A DNA stretch of 64,000 nt from Rhodothermales bacterium. GTDB lineage: Bacteria; Bacteroidota; Rhodothermia; Rhodothermales; VXPQ01. Positions 10,526-19,897 of this stretch are shown here, one piece after another. The notes below the pieces were generated by a model, which was given only the letters and a program-made list of their open reading frames with translations, was not told the DNA's origin and searched no databases. Both the position numbers and the translations under genes were made by a program. The stretch is taken from the NCBI GenBank assembly GCA_951812345.1, contig OX638295.1:681987-745986 (forward strand), written 5' to 3'. Position 1 is the stretch's first letter. Each line of letters starts with the position of its first letter.

Positions 10526-10660
10526 TCAAATCCACTTTGACCAGCGCTTCACGCTCGTGCGTAAAAGATATTGTATTTGCATCATTGAAATTAGTGGAAA
10601 ACACCGCAGATTCGGGGCGTCGGCGGGCGTGAAGCGCCCTTCGGGAGGCAGAGAGGAGCC
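10514..10660. repeat. MITE-like family 1 copy overlapping the def stop
   Basis: AGGATACTCTGATCAAATCCACTTTGACCAGCGC; reverse-complement similarity to 5166-5324. Confidence 0.8.
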
Positions 10661-10692
10661 GCGGAATGTTACTCAGGTGCTCAAGCATAGCA

Positions 10693-10744
10693 ATTATGCA
10701 CAAAATGCATAGAAAGGGGTGTCATTATGCAAAAACTGCATAAT
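10693..10744. promoter_or_regulatory. Two palindromic boxes (TATGCA-N5-TGCATA), candidate operators
   Basis: ATTATGCACAAAATGCATAG at 10693 and ATTATGCAAAAACTGCATAAT at 10724, in an AT-rich tract upstream of the metal-uptake unit. Confidence 0.45.
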
Positions 10745-10898
10745 AGAGATTTGCATCCTTGAATTAGCGTATCCTTACGCGCCCTGAATGAGAATTTCCT
10801 GTAGGGCGCTGCAACCTTGCGCACAGTGTCGTGTGTAAGGGGCTTGCCGTAATCAGGTATACGGATTCGGCAACCCGCCCTCACAGCATCCGGCATAT

Positions 10899-11273
10899 AT
10901 GCTTTCGCTGCGCACACATATCGAACGGTCGGGACGTTTTTTCCTCGCCGTGATGTTGTGCGGCGCCGTGATTGCGCCGTTCGCGCATAACCTGTCGCAT
11001 ATTCGCTCTCTCGAGCATGTGCATGGGGCTGCTGCCGAGGGGGTGAAGAGCGGATCGACAGGCCTGCCTGTCGATTTTCTTGTCGAAGAACAAACGCATC
11101 CGCATCATTTCGAGTGCGATCTGTGTGCGTTTTGTTCATTGGCCACGCCAGTTCTCGATCAAACCCGGGCGCCGCTGCTTCCCGTGCATGCGACCGGGCA
11201 GACGCTTCGGTCCGTAGCGGCTTCCGCAGCCTTTTCTTATCGTTCGATACGTGCTCCTCCTGTAGTGTCTTGA
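10899..11273 (+). CDS. DUF2946/CruR-like leader protein (His-rich, CxxC, C-terminal RAPP)
   Basis: N-terminal TM, HVH, HPHHFECDLC, ends IRAPPVVS; upstream of a TBDR. Confidence 0.75.
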   Translation: MLSLRTHIERSGRFFLAVMLCGAVIAPFAHNLSHIRSLEHVHGAAAEGVKSGSTGLPVDFLVEEQTHPHHFECDLCAFCSLATPVLDQTRAPLLPVHATGQTLRSVAASAAFSYRSIRAPPVVS

Positions 11274-11279
11274 CCCTAT

Positions 11280-11305
11280 CCGGCGCCGTTCCGGCGCCGT
11301 TTTTT
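11280..11305 (+). terminator. Hairpin plus T-run after the leader ORF (attenuator candidate)
   Basis: CGGCGCCG-TTC-CGGCGCCG-TTTTT. Confidence 0.55.
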
Positions 11306-11337
11306 ACAAGACACATCTTTCAAACAAGAGAGGAGCC

Positions 11338-13569
11338 ATGTTTGTACGCAAACAGTACGGCGCTGCCGTCATTGTTTTTTTGATCATGAGCGGGCTTGTT
11401 GCCTGTTCCAATGCCCAGCATACGGCGGTGATCGCCGGGTCCATCGAGGATGCGGAAACCGGAGAACCGATCCGCTTTGCGCAGGTCCTTGTCGAAGAGG
11501 CCAACCGTAATTCAAGAACGGATCGGGAAGGTCGTTTCGAGGTCCGTTTTCTGGAAGCCGGGAACTACACGCTCAAGGCCTGGCGCATAGGCTATGAGCC
11601 TCTGGTGAGCCTGGTGGAAGTGGGCGGCGCCGGTTCGGATACGTCGCACGTCATCCTGCGGATGCCGGTTTCACTGGTCCAGCTCGGCGAAGTCATTGTG
11701 GACGGGCGCGGCGAGTCCCATGTGATGAGCGATTCGGATATGGATATAGGGGGCAGGCGGCTTCGGCAGCACCTCGGAACGACGATCGCCGAAACACTCG
11801 ATAACGAGCCCGGCATTGCTATGAGGTCTATGGGTCCTGCCCCTGCCCGTCCGGTCCTGCGGGGATTGGGCGGCGAGCGGCTGCTTGTCATCGAAGATGG
11901 CGGGCGCACCGGCGACCTGTCCGCTACCTCCGCCGATCATGTGGTTGCGATAGACCCGCTCATGACGGAGCGTATCGAAGTGGTTCGCGGTCCGGCTGCG
12001 CTGCTTTACGGGCCGAATGCGTTGGGCGGCGTGGTGAATGCAGTCCGCGGGTATGTTCCGGTGATCATGCCCTCGGAGATTCATGCCGTCGGCGTGTTCC
12101 AAGGGCAATCCGCCAACGATGGTCTGTCAGGAGGATTCAGCCTGGAGGCGCCGATCGGCGGTTTTGCGGTGCGCACCGACGGCAGCCTGCGAAACTCGGG
12201 AGACGTATCCACCCCGATCGGCATCCTTGCGAATACCGCATTGACCACCGGAAACGGTTCCGTGGGGATCAGCCGCATCGGCGAATGGGGGCATGCGGGC
12301 GTCTCGGGTAGTTATTACACATCCCGGTACGGTATACCGGGCGGGTTTATCGGAGCGCACCCGCAGGGTGTTGACATCGAGTTGTCTCGCCGTCACCTGA
12401 AAACGAAGGGCATGATACTGGATGTTTTGCCCCGGTTTTCGCATCTCGAATTCGAGGGGTCGTTTTCGAGGTATTTTCATCAGGAATATGAAGCGAGCGG
12501 CACAGTCGGCGTCGAGTTCGGGCTCCTGTCGTACTATGGTCGGCTTCTTGCCCGAACCCATGGCCGCAGGCACAATAGTCTGGTAAGCCTTTGGGGCGGG
12601 TATCGCGATTTTGCCTCCGGCGGTTTTACATTCACTCCGAATTCGAGGGAGTGGACGGTGGCGGCGTTCAGATATCAGGATATCAACCTGGAAAACATGT
12701 CGTTTCAGGGGGGGCTTCGCTACGACCTGCGTATCGTTCGCCCCCGAGTGGTTGGGGACCCCCGGATTGTTGGGGAGGAGACACTGGCCGGCCGGATACG
12801 CAACCGAACGACCGGAGGCTTCTCAGGCTCTTTTCGTATGTTTCGCCGATTCGGCGATGATTTCTCCGTGGGTATCGGCGGCGTGCGCTCGATTCGCATG
12901 CCGGGCATCGAAGAACTGTTCTCGTCAGGGCCCCATCTGGGGGCCTATACCTTCGAGGTAGGCAATGCGGATCTTGGTGTTGAAAAGGGATTGGGTGCGG
13001 AAGTGTTTGGAGAATACCGAAGCGAGCGTTTTTCCGGATCTCTGAACCTGTATCACAATTACATCCGGGATTACATTTATCCCAGAAATACAGGTGAGAT
13101 CAGTGTGCGTACGCTTCTGCCGGTATACCAGCAAACCGGCTCGACGGTACGTATGTCGGGATCGGAAGCCTCCTTTGCACTACAGGTCGCTCCCTCCGTA
13201 ACTCTTTCCGCATCGGGGGCGTACGTACGCGGTACGCTGATCGACATTGATGAGCCGATACCCTTTACTCCTCCCCTGCGGGGTCGTCTGGAAGCGGCGT
13301 ACGCCAAGGGGCGGTTTCGGGTGTCCGGTTCCGCTGAGGCGGCGCACAAACAGGATCGTCTCGGCGCGTTCGAAGAACCGACGGACGGGTACGTCGTGCT
13401 TGGAGGCTATGTGCAGTACTATCTTTCGATAGGCCGCTCCTTGTACACGTTCGATATCGGCATCGAAAATGCAACCCATGCCGAATACAGGGATCACCTT
13501 TCGAGGGTAAAGAGCATCATGCCCGAGCAGGGACGCAATCTCAAGATGCTTGTCAAAGTGTTGTTTTAA
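11338..13569 (+). CDS. TonB-dependent receptor (metal uptake, ZnuD-like) with lipoprotein-type signal peptide
   Basis: Plug motifs RPVLRGLG and RIEVVRGPAALLYG, C-terminal GRNLKMLVKVLF; N-terminus ends GLVAC. Confidence 0.9.
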   Translation: MFVRKQYGAAVIVFLIMSGLVACSNAQHTAVIAGSIEDAETGEPIRFAQVLVEEANRNSRTDREGRFEVRFLEAGNYTLKAWRIGYEPLVSLVEVGGAGSDTSHVILRMPVSLVQLGEVIVDGRGESHVMSDSDMDIGGRRLRQHLGTTIAETLDNEPGIAMRSMGPAPARPVLRGLGGERLLVIEDGGRTGDLSATSADHVVAIDPLMTERIEVVRGPAALLYGPNALGGVVNAVRGYVPVIMPSEIHAVGVFQGQSANDGLSGGFSLEAPIGGFAVRTDGSLRNSGDVSTPIGILANTALTTGNGSVGISRIGEWGHAGVSGSYYTSRYGIPGGFIGAHPQGVDIELSRRHLKTKGMILDVLPRFSHLEFEGSFSRYFHQEYEASGTVGVEFGLLSYYGRLLARTHGRRHNSLVSLWGGYRDFASGGFTFTPNSREWTVAAFRYQDINLENMSFQGGLRYDLRIVRPRVVGDPRIVGEETLAGRIRNRTTGGFSGSFRMFRRFGDDFSVGIGGVRSIRMPGIEELFSSGPHLGAYTFEVGNADLGVEKGLGAEVFGEYRSERFSGSLNLYHNYIRDYIYPRNTGEISVRTLLPVYQQTGSTVRMSGSEASFALQVAPSVTLSASGAYVRGTLIDIDEPIPFTPPLRGRLEAAYAKGRFRVSGSAEAAHKQDRLGAFEEPTDGYVVLGGYVQYYLSIGRSLYTFDIGIENATHAEYRDHLSRVKSIMPEQGRNLKMLVKVLF

Positions 13570-13683
13570 TAAATGAGAATTTCCTGCGGGACGCTGCAAC
13601 CTTGCGCACAGTGTCGTGTGTAAGGGTCTTGCCGTAATCGGGCATACGAATCCGGCAACCCGCCCTCACAGCATCCGGCATAT

Positions 13684-14058
13684 ATGCTTTCGCTGCGCAC
13701 ACATATCGAACGGTCGGGAGTTCTTTTGCTCGCCGTGATGTTGTGCGGCGCCCTGGCGGCGCCGTTCGGGCATAACCTGTCGCATATCCGCTCTCTGGAG
13801 CATGTGCATGGCGCTGCCGCCGAGGGAGTGCAGAGCGGGTCGACAGGCGTCCTGACCGATTTTCTTGTCGAAGAACAAACGCCTCCGCATCATTTCGAGT
13901 GCGATCTGTGCGCGTTTCGTTCATTGACCACCCCGGTTCTCGATCAAATTCGGGCGCCGCTGCTTCCCGTGCATGCGACCGGGCAGACGCTCTGGTCCGC
14001 ACTGTCTGCCCGCAGCCTTTTCTATCGCCCGATACGCGCTCCTCCTGTGGTGTCTTGA
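13684..14058 (+). CDS. DUF2946/CruR-like leader protein, copy 2
   Basis: Paralog of 10899-11273; HHFECDLC and RAPP conserved. Confidence 0.75.
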   Translation: MLSLRTHIERSGVLLLAVMLCGALAAPFGHNLSHIRSLEHVHGAAAEGVQSGSTGVLTDFLVEEQTPPHHFECDLCAFRSLTTPVLDQIRAPLLPVHATGQTLWSALSARSLFYRPIRAPPVVS

Positions 14059-14130
14059 CCCCATCCCACGCCGTTCCGGCGGCGTTTTGTTTTCTCAAGA
14101 CACATTTACACTACACATCAGAGGAGAGCC

Positions 14131-14583
14131 ATGTTTGTACGCAAACAGTACGGCGTTGCCGTTATTGTATTTTTGATCATGGGCGGGCTGGCTGCCTGCT
14201 CCAATCCCGCCGAAGACGACGACCATGACGAGCATGCCGACGCCGAAGGTCTTGTGCTCGTTCTCGACGACGAAGAAGTCGTTCGCGTCGAAGAGGCCGA
14301 AGTGACGGGATCGCTTACCGTCGGAGCCGGCGAAACCACGTCCGACATCGAGGTCGAGTTTCTTGATCACGATGGACATGAGGTGCATGGCGAAGACCTT
14401 GACGAGGAATTTACTTTGGGCGTTGAGGTCCGGGGCAGCGAGATCGTTACCGTAGCCTATACGGGTCGGTGGACGTTTACGCTGGAAGGAGGCGATGCCG
14501 GCGATACCGCCATACGGGTTCAACTTCTGCATGAAGGTCACGCCGATTTCACAACGCCGGATATATCCGTCACTGTGGAATAG
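14131..14583 (+). CDS. His/Asp-rich lipoprotein, probable metal binding
   Basis: Lipobox LAAC, DDDHDEHAD, DHDGHEVHGED, HEGHADF. Confidence 0.75.
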   Translation: MFVRKQYGVAVIVFLIMGGLAACSNPAEDDDHDEHADAEGLVLVLDDEEVVRVEEAEVTGSLTVGAGETTSDIEVEFLDHDGHEVHGEDLDEEFTLGVEVRGSEIVTVAYTGRWTFTLEGGDAGDTAIRVQLLHEGHADFTTPDISVTVE

Positions 14584-14590
14584 GCAGACC

Positions 14591-16810
14591 ATGCGTTGCT
14601 TCGGGCTCTGCCGGTTTTTGTGGATGGGTTTTGCGGCGTGCATGACCATGACGGCCGCAACGTCGTCGCATGCGCAGCATACGGCGGTGATCACAGGATC
14701 CATCGAGGATGCGGAAACCGGAGAGCCGATCCGCTTTGCGCAGGTCCTTGTCGAAGAGGCCAATCGTAGCTCGAGAACGGATCGGGAAGGTCATTTCGAG
14801 GTCCGTTTTCTGGAAGCCGAGCAGTACACGCTCAAGGCCTGGCGCATAGGCTACGAGCCTCTGGTGACCCTGGTGGAAGTGGGCGGCGCCGGTTCGGATA
14901 CGTCGCATGTCCTCCTGCGGATGCCGGTTTCGCTGATCCAGCTTGGCGAGGTCATCGTGGACGGCCAAAGCGAGTCCCACATGATCAGCGATTCGGATAT
15001 GGAGATGGGGGGCAAGCGGCTTCGGCAGCACCTCGGAACGACCATTGCCGAAACGCTCGATAACGAGCCCGGCATTGCTATGAGGTCCATGGGGCCGGCG
15101 CCTGCCCGACCGGTCCTGCGGGGGTTGGGCGGCGACCGGCTGCTTGTCATCGAAGATGGCGGGCGTGTCGGCGATCTGTCCGCTACCTCCGCCGATCATG
15201 CGGTCGCGGTAGACCCGCTCATGACGGAACGTATCGAAGTGGTTCGCGGCCCGGCCGCGCTGCTTTACGGGCCGAACGCATTGGGCGGCGTGGTGAATGC
15301 GGTCCGCGGGTATGTTCCGGTGATCATGCCCTCGGAGATTCATGCCGTCGGCGTTTTTCAGGGGCAATCCGTCAACGATGGCCTGTCCGGAGGATTCAGT
15401 CTGGAAGCGCCGATCGGCGGTTTTGCGGTGCGCACCGACGGCAGCCTGCGAAACTCGGGGGACGTATCCACCCCGATCGGCATCCTTGCGAATACCGCAT
15501 TGACCACCGGAAACGGTTCCGTGGGGATCAGCCGCATCGGCGAATGGGGGCACGCGGGCGTCTCGGGCAGTTATTACACGTCCCGGTACGGCATACCGGG
15601 CGGGTTTGTCGGAGCGCACCCGCAGGGCGTCGACGTCGAGTTGTCTCGCCGTCACCTGAAAACGAAGGGCATGATACTGGATGTTTTGCCCCGGTTTTCG
15701 CATCTCGAATTCGAGGGATCGTTTTCGAGGTATTTCCATCAGGAATATGAAGCGAGCGGCGCACTCGGCATCGAGTTCGGGCTCCTGTCGTATTATGGTC
15801 GGCTTCTTGCCCGCACCCACGGGCGCAGGCACAATCGTCTGGCAAGCATTTGGGGGGGGTATCGCGATTATGCCTCCGGCGGTTTTTCATTCACTCCGAA
15901 TTCGAGGGAGTGGACGGTGGCGATATTCAGATATCAGGATATCAATCTGGAAAACATGTCGTTTCAGGGGGGGCTTCGCTACGATCTGCGTACCGTTCGC
16001 CCCCGTACCGTTGGGGAGGAGACCCTCGCCGGGGTGATCCGCAACCGAACGATCGGAGGTTTTTCCGGCTCTCTTCGTATGTTTCGCCGGTTCGGCGGCG
16101 ATTTTTCCGTGGGTATCGGCGGCATGCGCTCGATCCGCATGCCGGGGATCGAAGAATTGTTCTCGTTGGGGCCCCATCTGGCGGCATATACCTTCGAGAT
16201 AGGCAATGCGGGTCTTGGCGTCGAAAAGGGATTGGGCGCGGAAGTGTTCGGGGAATACCGGGGCGAGCGTTTTTCCGCATCTCTGAACCTGTATCGCAAT
16301 TACATCCGGGATTACATTTATCCCAGAAATACAGGCGAGATCAGCGTGCGCACCCTCCTCGCGGTATACCAGCAAACCGGCTCTACGGTGCGCATGTCAG
16401 GATCGGAGGCCTCCTTTGCGCTACAGATCGCTCCCTCCGTCACCCTTTCCGGATCGGGGGCGTACGTACGCGGTACGCTGGTCGATATCGACGAGCCGAT
16501 GCCCCTGATTCCTCCCTTGCGGGGTCGCCTGGAAGCGGCGTACGCCAGAGGGAAACTCAGGGTGTCCGGTTCCGCCGAGGCGGCGCGCAATCAGGATCGT
16601 CTCGGCGCGTTCGAAGAACCGACAGACGGGTACCTCGTGTTTGGAGGCTATGTGCAGTACTACCTTTCGATAGGACGTTCCTTGTACACGTTCGATATCG
16701 GCGTCGAGAATGCAACCAACGCCGAGTACCGGGATCATCTTTCGAGGGTAAAGAGCATCATGCCGCAGCAGGGACGCAATATCAAGATGCTCGTCAAAGT
16801 GTTGTTCTGA
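14591..16810 (+). CDS. TonB-dependent receptor, copy 2
   Basis: Own signal peptide ending SSHA-Q; plug and barrel nearly collinear with copy 1; terminal Phe. Confidence 0.9.
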   Translation: MRCFGLCRFLWMGFAACMTMTAATSSHAQHTAVITGSIEDAETGEPIRFAQVLVEEANRSSRTDREGHFEVRFLEAEQYTLKAWRIGYEPLVTLVEVGGAGSDTSHVLLRMPVSLIQLGEVIVDGQSESHMISDSDMEMGGKRLRQHLGTTIAETLDNEPGIAMRSMGPAPARPVLRGLGGDRLLVIEDGGRVGDLSATSADHAVAVDPLMTERIEVVRGPAALLYGPNALGGVVNAVRGYVPVIMPSEIHAVGVFQGQSVNDGLSGGFSLEAPIGGFAVRTDGSLRNSGDVSTPIGILANTALTTGNGSVGISRIGEWGHAGVSGSYYTSRYGIPGGFVGAHPQGVDVELSRRHLKTKGMILDVLPRFSHLEFEGSFSRYFHQEYEASGALGIEFGLLSYYGRLLARTHGRRHNRLASIWGGYRDYASGGFSFTPNSREWTVAIFRYQDINLENMSFQGGLRYDLRTVRPRTVGEETLAGVIRNRTIGGFSGSLRMFRRFGGDFSVGIGGMRSIRMPGIEELFSLGPHLAAYTFEIGNAGLGVEKGLGAEVFGEYRGERFSASLNLYRNYIRDYIYPRNTGEISVRTLLAVYQQTGSTVRMSGSEASFALQIAPSVTLSGSGAYVRGTLVDIDEPMPLIPPLRGRLEAAYARGKLRVSGSAEAARNQDRLGAFEEPTDGYLVFGGYVQYYLSIGRSLYTFDIGVENATNAEYRDHLSRVKSIMPQQGRNIKMLVKVLF

Positions 16811-16882
16811 TCAAAACCGCTTCGCCCGGCGCTGTACGCCCCTCGCAACCTCTGAGCTTCGCGGACTTGATCGGAGTATCCT
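16806..16882. repeat. MITE-like family 1 short copy containing the TBDR2 stop codon
   Basis: CTGATCAAAACCGCTTCG...GCGGACTTGATCGGAGTATCCT. Confidence 0.75.
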
Positions 16883-16889
16883 TTGGGGG

Positions 16890-17156
16890 TTATTCCTTTG
16901 GCACAATGCGTCCTTCCGGTGTGATGATTTCATCCGGGCCGGGCGGGAATCGGGGAAATCTGCCAATGGAAACCTTCGGATCCCGATCATGCGGTACGTA
17001 GTGGACATGGTCCCCGTGGGTGATCTCTATGTAGGGCTGGTCGCCGTAGGGGTCGATGGCTTCCCGGAGGATGGCGAGAAAGAAGAGGGCGCCTATAATC
17101 AGGATTACCCATTTCAGCGTCTTTTTCGTACGCGCGTGGCCTGTTGCGCCGTCCAT
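16890..17156 (-). CDS. Small membrane-anchored protein with HxxHxH motif
   Basis: N-terminal TM (WVILIIGALFFLAIL), then ITHGDHVHYVPHD; start taken at ATG 17156. Confidence 0.65.
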   Translation of the reverse strand: MDGATGHARTKKTLKWVILIIGALFFLAILREAIDPYGDQPYIEITHGDHVHYVPHDRDPKVSIGRFPRFPPGPDEIITPEGRIVPKE

Positions 17157-17184
17157 GGAAGCATGCATGTCCTGTACTTGCAAA

Positions 17185-17223
17185 CGTGAAGTGCTGATCG
17201 AAGCGGTTTTGATCAGAGTATCT
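17185..17223. repeat. MITE-like family 1 end
   Basis: GTGCTGATCGAAGCGGTTTTGATCAGAGTATCT. Confidence 0.7.
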
Positions 17224-17260
17224 CTTATTATATTGCAGAACACCGTTCCCGATCCGGATT

Positions 17261-17782
17261 ATGGCGACAAAACAAGCCTCAGAACATTTTCAGATAACCT
17301 GCGCCGGTCGGGTTATGGATATTTCCGTGCGCGCGGACGAGTTTACGCTCGATGGCCGCACTGTCCCGTTTTCGTACGAACGCCTCGGAGAGGAACGCAT
17401 GGCCTTGCTGGTAGATGGCAAGAGTTATGTGGCGGCGGTTCTGGAAGCGTCCGGGGATCGGCGGCGCATAGGGGTCGGCGGCTCTACGTTCGACGTGTCC
17501 CTGAAAAGCGAGCGGACGCTGCTGCTTGAGCGTTTCGGGTTGTCCGGAGGGGCCGAAAGCGCCACGCTGAAGGTGCATGCGCCCATGCCCGGCATGGTCC
17601 TGTCCGTAGCGGTAGAACCGGGGCAGCTTGTCGAAGCGGGAACCGGCGCCCTGGTGCTGGAAGCCATGAAAATGGAAAACGAATTGCGCGTGGAAAGAGG
17701 GGGCACCGTAAGGGCGGTGCACGTAGCGCCGGGCGATGCGGTCGGCAAGAACGATCTTCTCCTCGAAATCGAGGATACTTAA
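17261..17782 (+). CDS. Biotin carboxyl carrier / biotin-lipoyl attachment protein
   Basis: APMPGMV, LEAMKMENE biotinylation motif. Confidence 0.92.
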   Translation: MATKQASEHFQITCAGRVMDISVRADEFTLDGRTVPFSYERLGEERMALLVDGKSYVAAVLEASGDRRRIGVGGSTFDVSLKSERTLLLERFGLSGGAESATLKVHAPMPGMVLSVAVEPGQLVEAGTGALVLEAMKMENELRVERGGTVRAVHVAPGDAVGKNDLLLEIEDT

Positions 17783-17785
17783 GCC

Positions 17786-18763
17786 ATGTCGATGACTCTT
17801 GTCACGGGCGCCACGGGATTTGTGGGAGCCGTGCTGACCCGGCGCCTTGTGCGGGATGGCGTTTCCGTGCGCGTTTTCCGGCGCGCCGGCTCGAAACTCG
17901 ATTTGCTTGGCGAGACGGCGCAGGAGGTCGAGCACGCCTTTGGAGACATTACAGACGATCTGGCGCTCCAGAAGGCTATGCAGGGCGTGGAGTACGTTTA
18001 TCATGTCGCCGGAAACATCGGTTTCGGATCTTCTCGCGCACGGAACCGCCTCATGTCCGTCAATGTGGACGGAACCGCAGCGGTCGTCAATGCGGCGCTC
18101 GCAGGGGGCGTCCGGCGCCTTGTTCATGCCTCGTCCGTGGCGGCGCTGGGTCGCTCCAACCGCCCCGACGCCGTTCTGGACGAGCGCGCGGAATGGCAAC
18201 GGTCCAAATCGAGCAGTACCTACGGCTACTCGAAGTACCTTGCGGAACTGGAGGTGCAACGGGGCATTGCGGAGGGTCTGGATGCGGCGATGGTCAATCC
18301 CTCGCTCATTTTCGGCCTGGGTCGCAAAGGGGAAAACACCCGGCGCATCGTGGATCAGATTCGCCGCAAACGGATGCCCATGTATCCGGCAGGGGTTACG
18401 AGCGTTGTCGATGTGCTGGATGTGGCGGACGGCATGGTGCGCGCCATGAAATACGGCGAGACCGGCGAACGGTTTGTGCTGGCGGCGCATAACCTGTCCT
18501 GGGAAGAAATGTTCGGCCAACTGGCGCAGGCGTGCGGCGTAGCGCCCCCGACCATTCGTCTGGCGCCGGCAGCCGCTATTCTCTTTGCATGTTTTTCGGA
18601 GGCAGGGGCTTTTCTGACCCGCACGGAACCCCTTCTTCCCCGCGCCAATGCCCGGTTCATGTCCGCAGCGAACCGGTACGACAACACGCTTGCGCGTGAA
18701 AAACTGGGGTGGCGCCCCCGATCGTTCGAGGAAACGGCGCGGCGCATCGCCGAGGCGCTCTGA
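17786..18763 (+). CDS. NAD-dependent epimerase/dehydratase (extended SDR)
   Basis: TGATGFVG, YGYSKYLAE (YxxxK), VDVLDVADG. Confidence 0.9.
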   Translation: MSMTLVTGATGFVGAVLTRRLVRDGVSVRVFRRAGSKLDLLGETAQEVEHAFGDITDDLALQKAMQGVEYVYHVAGNIGFGSSRARNRLMSVNVDGTAAVVNAALAGGVRRLVHASSVAALGRSNRPDAVLDERAEWQRSKSSSTYGYSKYLAELEVQRGIAEGLDAAMVNPSLIFGLGRKGENTRRIVDQIRRKRMPMYPAGVTSVVDVLDVADGMVRAMKYGETGERFVLAAHNLSWEEMFGQLAQACGVAPPTIRLAPAAAILFACFSEAGAFLTRTEPLLPRANARFMSAANRYDNTLAREKLGWRPRSFEETARRIAEAL

Positions 18764-18928
18764 GGTAAGGGCAGGGTTTTGCGGGGGATTTCTTGTGCTT
18801 CTTTCTCCTGTTGCCGCGGCCGCTGGCTCCGGTGTGCGGGATTGCGCTCTGTTCAGTCGCCGGCGTCCGCCCGCGTTCTTGGGCGAACGGGCGGAATACG
18901 CGCAGAATACGTGCCTCCAGGGCCGAAA

Positions 18929-19172
18929 TCAGGTTGTAACTGACTTTATGCAATATGCCTTATTGCTATAATAGCATATACCCTATTGACATAATTACAT
19001 ATACGTATTTGACTTTATGTCAGTTACTAACGGATCTGACAGAGGGCCGGGCCGGGGAGCCGCTCCGTGTCGATCGGACGGATTTCACCGAAATGCAGGG
19101 CCTGTCCGCTGCGGCGCTTTCGAGGTTTCCGGCCAGGGTTTCTGTGTAGGGTTTTCGGCCAAGCGGACCCCG
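18929..19172. repeat. AT-rich repeat family 3, copy 1 (similar to 30199-30432)
   Basis: TCAGGTTGTAACTGACTTTATGCAATAT...TTGACTTTATGTCAGTTACTAAC then diverged GC-rich continuation to GCGGACCCC. Confidence 0.8.
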
Positions 19173-19520
19173 TCGCTGTCCGTCGCGGACGGCGAGGATA
19201 CGCAGGCCATGTTCGGCGAGTTGACAGCGACGAGTACAGGGAGCGAGGAATTGCCCGACGAAGTGGCGCTCCTGGGCAACTATCCGAACCCGTTCAATCC
19301 GCACACGACGATACGCTATGCATTGCCGAAGGCGGGCGAAGCGCGGCTTGTGGTGTACGATCTGGTCGGTCACGAGGTGGCGGTGCTTGTCGACGAACCG
19401 AAATCCGCAGGCCATCACACGGTGCGCTTCGATGCGGCGGACCTGCCCAGCGGCCTCTATATCTACCGGTTGCAGGCGGTAGACAAAATCGTTGCGCGGA
19501 CCATGATACTTGTGAAGTAG
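19173..19520 (+). pseudogene. Orphan T9SS (Por) type A C-terminal sorting domain
   Basis: LLGNYPNPFNPHTTIRYALP...VYDLVGHEV...LPSGLYIYRL...TMILVK with no passenger domain. Confidence 0.75.
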
Positions 19521-19529
19521 GAGGGGGGG

Positions 19530-19642
19530 TGTAAAACGACAGCGATTTGCAATGAAATAAGGCTGGTAATCCTGGCTTGGCGAACGAGCGGGTATATCCC
19601 TTATAGAAACCTGCAACTCTCTCAATGTTTGCGCGCAAACAT
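19530..19642. repeat. MITE-like family 2, one-ended copy
   Basis: TGTAAAACGACAGC end and CAATGTTTGCGCGCAAACAT palindrome; reverse-complement match to 22021-22144. Confidence 0.7.
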
Positions 19643-19897
19643 CCAGCTTCGATGAGGCCGGAATACGAAGGCTCTGGAAAACGGTGCTCGACGATGTGTG
19701 AGACGCTATTGTACACGCGCAGTCGTGTACGCATTGCATTGGATCGTTTGCCCGCTGGGCAGGCGGTGTTTTTGCGTTTTATTCCGAGGATCGGGCGGGG
19801 TATCTTTATCGGTGTCCGTTGAGTGAGATTCACTGCGCAGGGACAGCGGCACCTCTGTTACTATTCAACCTAGATCAACCTCGGAGAAGCAGCCGAC

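Larger units (their letters stand above)
10786..16810 (+). repeat. Diverged tandem duplication: unit 1 ~10786-13570, unit 2 ~13571-16810
   Basis: Leader AATGAGAATTTCCTG...CACAGCATCCGGCATATATG, the DUF2946-like ORF and the TBDR are all repeated with high similarity. Confidence 0.95.
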
